Source: Aequorivita sp.
Lineage (GTDB): Bacteria > Bacteroidota > Bacteroidia > Flavobacteriales > Flavobacteriaceae
Assembly (NCBI GenBank): GCA_026646335.1
Contig: JAPKFY010000001.1
Location: 1 to 62,407, forward strand
DNA length: 62,407 bases
Direction: 5' to 3'
Shown: positions 57,004-62,407 of the stretch, piece by piece
How the letters are laid out: every line of letters starts with the position of its first letter
How positions within the stretch are numbered: the stretch's first letter is position 1
Position numbers and translations under genes: made by a program
Notes under the pieces: generated by a model
What the model was told of the DNA's origin: nothing
Database searches by the model: none
The model's input: the letters and a program-made list of their open reading frames with translations, nothing else

Positions 57004-58659
57004 CTACAAACTGATTTTTGCTTTGAACCCTTTGTTGGGTTTTGATTCAAAAATAATAGTTCCGTTTAAAGTTTTAATACGGTTTTCCGCATTTTGGAGC
57101 CCATTTTTGTTTTTTATTTCGCAACCGTTGCCATTGTCTGTATAATCAATGTTTATTTTTTTATTGTTTTGCTGGAAAGAAAGCACTACTACACTGGCGT
57201 TGCTGTGTTTTTTCATATTGGTCATCAATTCCTGTAGCACCCTATAGATGGTTGTTTTTTTTATTTCCGAAATAGTATTCCAATCAATTTTCGAGATATT
57301 TCGTGTAGCTATTTTTACTTTTTCAGTTTGATAGTTCAACAGCAAATCATTGAGTTGGCCACTAAAATTTTCTTGAATTTTAATGGCGCTGTTTTCTTTT
57401 GAAATATCGCGCGTCTTGTTGTATATCTTTTCAAGATCGTCCAATAGTTCTTCATCATCTGATTTATTTCCCTGAATTTTTGCCATAAGATGGTACACAT
57501 CATTTGCCACTTCATCGTGCACTTTTTTGGAGATGCGGCTTTCGGTGTTGTGGACTTGCATGATTCTATCTTTTTTATGCCTTATGCGTAATGCAAAATA
57601 GATATAGATTGAAGTGAGTGAAATGATGATTCCAAGGATTAGGAATATAAGTTTTTGATTTTTTTCTTTTTCGCTTTCCAAAAGAGCCTCTGCAGTTTTC
57701 TTTTTCTCATTAGCGAAGTTGTATTTAATGAAGGCATTTTTGTTTTCGGCCAGTTGTTTGGCTTTTGCTATGCTATCGGTGATGTGTTTGAACTGAACTA
57801 TCTTTGGGTCTTCATTCATTATGACAAAAAGGGATAGGGCGTCTTGGAGGAAGGTGATACTATTTAGTGTATTTGCAATTTCGTAGGCTTTGGCGGCATA
57901 GTTCGCGGCTTGTTTTTTGTCATTTCGGTCAAAATAGTATAGAGCCAAATGCTTGTTGCTGGAGTAGGTGCCTTCCAAATTATTTTGGTTTTCCCTAATT
58001 GCTAGTGCTTTTTTTAAATTGGCCAAGGCATCAGGGTTGCCCAACTTGGATTGTACAAAGCCCAGGTTATCAAGAACCATTGCAAACTGAAGGGAATGCG
58101 TATCGGAGCCAGTTTTTTCATAGGCAAGATTGAATTGCTCTGCTGCTTTTTTATATTGACCCCAGTCCTTGTAAATATTGGCTTTGTTGTTAATAAGTGA
58201 AATGCTGTCTGATTTCTTTTTTGAGTATGTTAATGAAAAATTATAGGCTTCAATAGCTTTTTCATAATTTTTTGCTTCGCGGTAGATGTTGCCCAATTGG
58301 TTATAGAGTGCTTTTCTACCTTCAATTAAAGTATCTTTTTTCGGATAGCTATCAATTAATTTAAGGGCTTCCACTACTGCAAATTCACTGTCATTTATAT
58401 TGCCGATGTTATATTGACCCATTGCAATCAATCTTAAATCCTGAATGGTGCTTAAGGTGTCATGCCGTTTGCTATCGCTTTCTTTTTTAATGGTGTAAAA
58501 ATTAATGCCTTCCGAAATGGTTATTTCGCCACTGGGGTACACTATTGAATTGTAGTATTTATGGATGGTGTCTCGATGTACTTGCGCTTGCAGCGCAGCG
58601 GGGCTTCCCGAGGAAAATAGAAGCCAAAAAAAGAGGAATGAAAGCGGTAGGTTTTTCAT
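57004..58659 (-). CDS. TPR-containing sensor histidine kinase
   Basis: Signal peptide, TPR repeats, TM helix; ISKKVHDEVAN (H-box), QELMTNMKKHS and DNGNG motifs. Confidence 0.9.
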   Translation of the reverse strand: MKNLPLSFLFFWLLFSSGSPAALQAQVHRDTIHKYYNSIVYPSGEITISEGINFYTIKKESDSKRHDTLSTIQDLRLIAMGQYNIGNINDSEFAVVEALKLIDSYPKKDTLIEGRKALYNQLGNIYREAKNYEKAIEAYNFSLTYSKKKSDSISLINNKANIYKDWGQYKKAAEQFNLAYEKTGSDTHSLQFAMVLDNLGFVQSKLGNPDALANLKKALAIRENQNNLEGTYSSNKHLALYYFDRNDKKQAANYAAKAYEIANTLNSITFLQDALSLFVIMNEDPKIVQFKHITDSIAKAKQLAENKNAFIKYNFANEKKKTAEALLESEKEKNQKLIFLILGIIISLTSIYIYFALRIRHKKDRIMQVHNTESRISKKVHDEVANDVYHLMAKIQGNKSDDEELLDDLEKIYNKTRDISKENSAIKIQENFSGQLNDLLLNYQTEKVKIATRNISKIDWNTISEIKKTTIYRVLQELMTNMKKHSNASVVVLSFQQNNKKINIDYTDNGNGCEIKNKNGLQNAENRIKTLNGTIIFESKPNKGFKAKISL

Positions 58660-58723
58660 TCCTCTAAAGTACTAACAAACTGGGAGATTTTATTTGCTCA
58701 GTGCCCGTTTTAAATGTGACAAG

Positions 58724-58745
58724 CCCTTCGACTGCGCTCAGGGTA
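58724..58745. repeat. REP-like CCCTTCGACTGCGCTCAGGGT element
   Basis: Same family as 27893-27971. Confidence 0.65.
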
Positions 58746-58760
58746 GCAGAAGCTTAGTTT

Positions 58761-59486
58761 TTAGAATGTGATGGGGTGATTTTCCTCTTGTTTCACTTCA
58801 GCCTCAAAAAGCACGAGAAAATGTTTCAACAGTTTTTCTTTTACTTCTTCCATCGGAATTTCAACTTTTCCCAATTCCACATTTAAGGAAGTTACCGCTT
58901 TGCCTTTGATGCCGCAGGGGATCATATTGTCAAAATACCCCAGATCGGTATTTACATTTAGGGCAAAACCGTGCATGGTCACCCAGCGGCTGGCGCGCAC
59001 GCCCAAGGCGCATATTTTTCGTGCGAAAGGAGTGCCAACATCAAGCCAAACTCCTGTTTCGCCATTGCTGCGTTCTGCTTTTAGACCGTATTCCGCCAAG
59101 GTGAGGATGATCATTTCTTCCAGGAAACGGAGGTATTTGTGGATATCCGTAAAGAAATTTTCCAGGTCTAGGATTGGATAGCCCACAATTTGTCCCGGGC
59201 CGTGATAGGTTATATCGCCGCCGCGGTTTATTTTGTAGAATTTTGCGTTTATGGCTTTCAGTTTTTCTTCTGAAATGAGCAGATTTTCAATATGGCCGCT
59301 TTTCCCTAGTGTATATACGTGTGAATGCTCAACAAACAAAAGATAATTTGGAGTATCCTGCTCCAAATCATCTTTTCGGTTGTTGCTTTTCAGTTGCAGA
59401 ATATTTTGAAAAAGCGATTCCTGAAAATCCCAAGTTTCTTCGTAATCTTTTAAACCTAAATCTATTATTTCTAAAGATCTATTCAA
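58761..59486 (-). CDS. lipB: Lipoyl(octanoyl) transferase
   Basis: VYTLGK, RGGDITYHGPGQ, KICALG, HGFALNV and IPCGI motifs. Confidence 0.95.
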   Translation of the reverse strand: MNRSLEIIDLGLKDYEETWDFQESLFQNILQLKSNNRKDDLEQDTPNYLLFVEHSHVYTLGKSGHIENLLISEEKLKAINAKFYKINRGGDITYHGPGQIVGYPILDLENFFTDIHKYLRFLEEMIILTLAEYGLKAERSNGETGVWLDVGTPFARKICALGVRASRWVTMHGFALNVNTDLGYFDNMIPCGIKGKAVTSLNVELGKVEIPMEEVKEKLLKHFLVLFEAEVKQEENHPITF

Positions 59487-59667
59487 TGTAAGCTCATTTT
59501 TTAAAATCGAGGGTAAAACTATTGATAATTTACTTTTTCGCGATTTATTTTTTAAATTTTATGAGTTTTTTTGGGTTAAACCAGTAAGTTAGTTTCTTAA
59601 AAATTCCCTAAATTCCCTAAAGACTGTTATCTTTACAGTTCTAAACATTCATAAAAATTACCTAAAA

Positions 59668-61914
59668 ATGAAAAAAAGTACTTTTAAACCATTTCTGATT
59701 GTATTCCTTTTGCTTTTGAGCTTTGGGCTGCATGCACAGAATGCGTTATGGACGAAAGCTTCGCCATCTGAAACGCAAACCCGACAAAAAGCATACAGAA
59801 ACAGTATGCCGCAAGATTTCAATCTTTTTAAACTGAACACGCCCGCCTTTAAAAATCTTTTGGCAAATGCGCCCGAAAGATTTAGTGGTACTTCCAATGT
59901 TATCATTGAATTGCCTTCGAACAATGGTGAGATACAGCGGTTCCGTGTATATGAGGCCTCTGTTATGGAAGCTCCATTACAGGCACAGCACCCAAACATT
60001 AGATCTTATGTTGCGCAAGGAATTGAGGATGGTGCTGCCATAGCACGGTTTAGTGTTTCTGGTGTAGGTGTACATGTGATGATTTCCTCACCAAACTATT
60101 CAACCATCTATATTGATCCTTATACTAGTGACAAAGACTATTATATTTCTTATAACATCAATACACTTCCTGCTAATGCAGAAAATTTTGAGTGTTATAC
60201 TGAAGATCATGAAATTATTGATATGCCAGATGCCAACAGAAATGCAAACGATGGTCTTTTAAGAACCTTTAGACTTGCCTTGGCTTGTACTGGTGAATAT
60301 TCACAATATCACTTGACCCAACAAGGTATTGGTAGCGGAGAGCCAGATCCCGTTAAAAAAGCTGCCGTATTATCGGCAATGAACACTACCATGACCCGCG
60401 TGAATGGAGTTTATGAAAGAGATGTTGCATTGACTATGGTTATAGTAGCGAACAACACAGATATTATCTTCCTTAATGCGGGCTCAGATCCATACACTAA
60501 CAACAACGGAAGCACTATGCTTGGCCAAAACCAAACTACTTGTGATAATATTATTGGAAATGCCAATTATGACATTGGTCACGTTTTCAGTACTGGTGGT
60601 GGCGGTATAGCGCAGCTTCGCTCTCCTTGTGTTGCCGGTAATAAAGCAAGAGGGGTAACGGGACTAACTTCTCCAATTGGCGATTTTTTCGATATTGATT
60701 ATGTAGCCCATGAAATGGGACATCAATATGGGGCAAACCATACTTTCAACAACTCCTGTGGAAATAACAGAAACGGATCAACAGCATTTGAACCAGGAAG
60801 TGGATCTACCATTATGGCCTATGCGGGTATTTGTGGTCCAAACGTACAGTCACACAGTGATGATTATTTTCACGGGATAAGCATCCAGGAAATGTGGACC
60901 AATATTAAAAACGGTCAAGGCCAGTGTGCTGCACAAAGCCCAACCAACAACCTGCCACCAACGGCAGATGCAGGGCCTGATTATAGAATTCCGAAAGGAA
61001 CTCCATTTATCTTGAGAGGTACAGCTACTGATCCTGATGCTGGCGATGTGCTTTCACACTGCTGGGAACAGATGGACAGTCAAGTTTCTCCTCAACCACC
61101 ACAGAACACTTCAACGGTAGGGCCGAATTTTAGGTCTATTGACCCATTGTCATCACCAGACAGATATATGCCAGCTTTGGCAACTGTTCTAGCCGGAAAC
61201 ACACAAAGCACTTGGGAAGTTGTTCCTCAGGTGGGAAGATCTATGCGTTTTAGATATAACGTTCGCGATAATGCGGCAATCGGTGGTTCTTCCGCACGTG
61301 ATGATATGTTCGTTACTACTGATCCAACAGCAGGGCCTTTTGTGGTAACCTCACAAAATACTGCAACTACTTGGACTACCCAAACTACCGAAACCGTTAC
61401 TTGGGATGTTGCAGGAACAGACGTAGCTCCAGTGGACAGTCCTAATGTTGATATTATGTTCTCTACAGATGGTGGACAAACGTATCCAGTAGCTGTTGCA
61501 TTGGGTGTGCCAAACAACGGTAGTGCCCTTGTAAACGTGCCAAACCTTAACACTACAACTGGTAGGTTGATGGTTATTTCGTCTAACAACATATTCTATG
61601 ATCTTAACAATGGTGTTATTACCGTAACTGGAACAGTTGGTGTTGAAGAATTCAGTTTTGAAAACTTTGCGGTTTATCCAAACCCTTCAAACGGAAGTTT
61701 CAACCTTACTTTCAAGCCAGCTTCTAATGATAACATTGAAGTATCACTTTATGACTTAAGAGGAAGAGCCATCAGTCAATATACTTTTGATGATGTTTCT
61801 GCATCAAACACTTTTAGCAAACAATTGGATTACAATTATGTGGAAAGTGGAATGTACTTCCTTGTTGTGAAGAACGGCAATAAAGTAACTACCAAAAAGG
61901 TTGTTAAGAATTAA
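59668..61914 (+). CDS. Reprolysin-like (M12B) zinc metallopeptidase with a T9SS sorting domain
   Basis: HEMGHQYGANH zinc motif, STIMAY Met-turn, C-terminal VYPNPS...GMYFL...KKVVK. Confidence 0.9.
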   Translation: MKKSTFKPFLIVFLLLLSFGLHAQNALWTKASPSETQTRQKAYRNSMPQDFNLFKLNTPAFKNLLANAPERFSGTSNVIIELPSNNGEIQRFRVYEASVMEAPLQAQHPNIRSYVAQGIEDGAAIARFSVSGVGVHVMISSPNYSTIYIDPYTSDKDYYISYNINTLPANAENFECYTEDHEIIDMPDANRNANDGLLRTFRLALACTGEYSQYHLTQQGIGSGEPDPVKKAAVLSAMNTTMTRVNGVYERDVALTMVIVANNTDIIFLNAGSDPYTNNNGSTMLGQNQTTCDNIIGNANYDIGHVFSTGGGGIAQLRSPCVAGNKARGVTGLTSPIGDFFDIDYVAHEMGHQYGANHTFNNSCGNNRNGSTAFEPGSGSTIMAYAGICGPNVQSHSDDYFHGISIQEMWTNIKNGQGQCAAQSPTNNLPPTADAGPDYRIPKGTPFILRGTATDPDAGDVLSHCWEQMDSQVSPQPPQNTSTVGPNFRSIDPLSSPDRYMPALATVLAGNTQSTWEVVPQVGRSMRFRYNVRDNAAIGGSSARDDMFVTTDPTAGPFVVTSQNTATTWTTQTTETVTWDVAGTDVAPVDSPNVDIMFSTDGGQTYPVAVALGVPNNGSALVNVPNLNTTTGRLMVISSNNIFYDLNNGVITVTGTVGVEEFSFENFAVYPNPSNGSFNLTFKPASNDNIEVSLYDLRGRAISQYTFDDVSASNTFSKQLDYNYVESGMYFLVVKNGNKVTTKKVVKN

Positions 61915-61935
61915 GTTTCAATAACAATTGCTCAT

Positions 61936-61973
61936 AAAAAAGAGGCGTTCACATTATGTGAGCGCCTCTTTTG
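61936..61973 (+). terminator. Intrinsic terminator
   Basis: AAAGAGGCGTTCAC-ATTAT-GTGAGCGCCTCTTT hairpin. Confidence 0.75.
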
Positions 61974-61987
61974 ATTTATAGAATTTT

Positions 61988-62407
61988 GGAAACAGGACTT
62001 AAGGGAAATAGGAAACAGGACTTAAGGGAAACAGGAAACAGGACTTGAGGGAAACAGGAAACAGGACTTAAGGGAAGCAGGAAACAGGACTTGAGGGAAA
62101 CAGGAAACAGGACTTAAGGGATTCAGGAAACAGGACTTGAGGGAAATAGGAAACAGGACTTAAGGGAAGCAGGAAACAGGACTTTAGGGATTCAGGAAAC
62201 AGGACTTGAGGGAAACAGGAAACAGGACTTTAGGGATTCAGGAAACAGGACTTAAGGGATTCAGGAAACAGGACTTGAGGGATTCAGGAAACAGGACTTG
62301 AGGGAAACAGGAAACAGGACTTTAGGGATTCAGGAAACAGGACTTGAGGGAAATAGGAAACAGGACTTTAGGAATTCAGGAAACAGGACTTTAGGGATTC
62401 AGGAAAC
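61988..62407. repeat. ~23-bp tandem repeat GGAAACAGGACTTRAGGGAWWCA, about 18 units, running off the window end
   Basis: Read directly; built from 7-8 bp sub-units. Confidence 0.92.

Noticed and set aside
1244-61592. Many short ORFs antisense to or overlapping long genes in the ORF track
   Set aside because: Shadow ORFs of well-supported genes, with no motifs of their own
61988-62407. Second CRISPR array
   Set aside because: Units are contiguous with no unique spacers, so this is a tandem repeat

Overview
AT-rich Flavobacteriaceae (Bacteroidota) chromosomal contig; an Aequorivita-like origin is inferred from gene content only. Housekeeping content: mevalonate kinase, MBOAT/SGNH pair, UbiA, SpoU, mutS, tRNA-Gly and tRNA-Leu, a LexA-like S24 repressor with GGA-N5-TCC boxes, waaA, galE, dsdA, fabD, folA, egtBD, thyA, etfAB, pdhB and lipB. 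Two accessory regions stand out. (1) 29.1-41.6 kb: an ECF-sigma/FecR/SusC/SusD locus with no glycoside hydrolase. It instead encodes two PKD+YWTD-propeller lipoproteins, two exported cyanophycinase-family (S51) enzymes and an M20 peptidase, and is a candidate cyanophycin/polyamide utilisation locus. (2) 48.5-55.6 kb: a type II-C CRISPR-Cas9 cassette (tracrRNA, 1126-aa Cas9, GIY-YIG, 17 repeats, cas2, cas1). It is bracketed by a perfect 64-bp direct repeat, its cas1-cas2-array block is inverted between 29-bp inverted palindromic repeats, a hairpin sequesters repeat 1, and TACGG-N4-CCGTA palindromes upstream of cas9 and cas1 are shared with the region beside the neighbouring TPR-kinase/response-regulator pair. 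The first ~90 bp look like a chimeric high-GC asnS fragment, and the window ends in a 23-bp tandem repeat. All calls come from motif recognition by eye; no searches were run.
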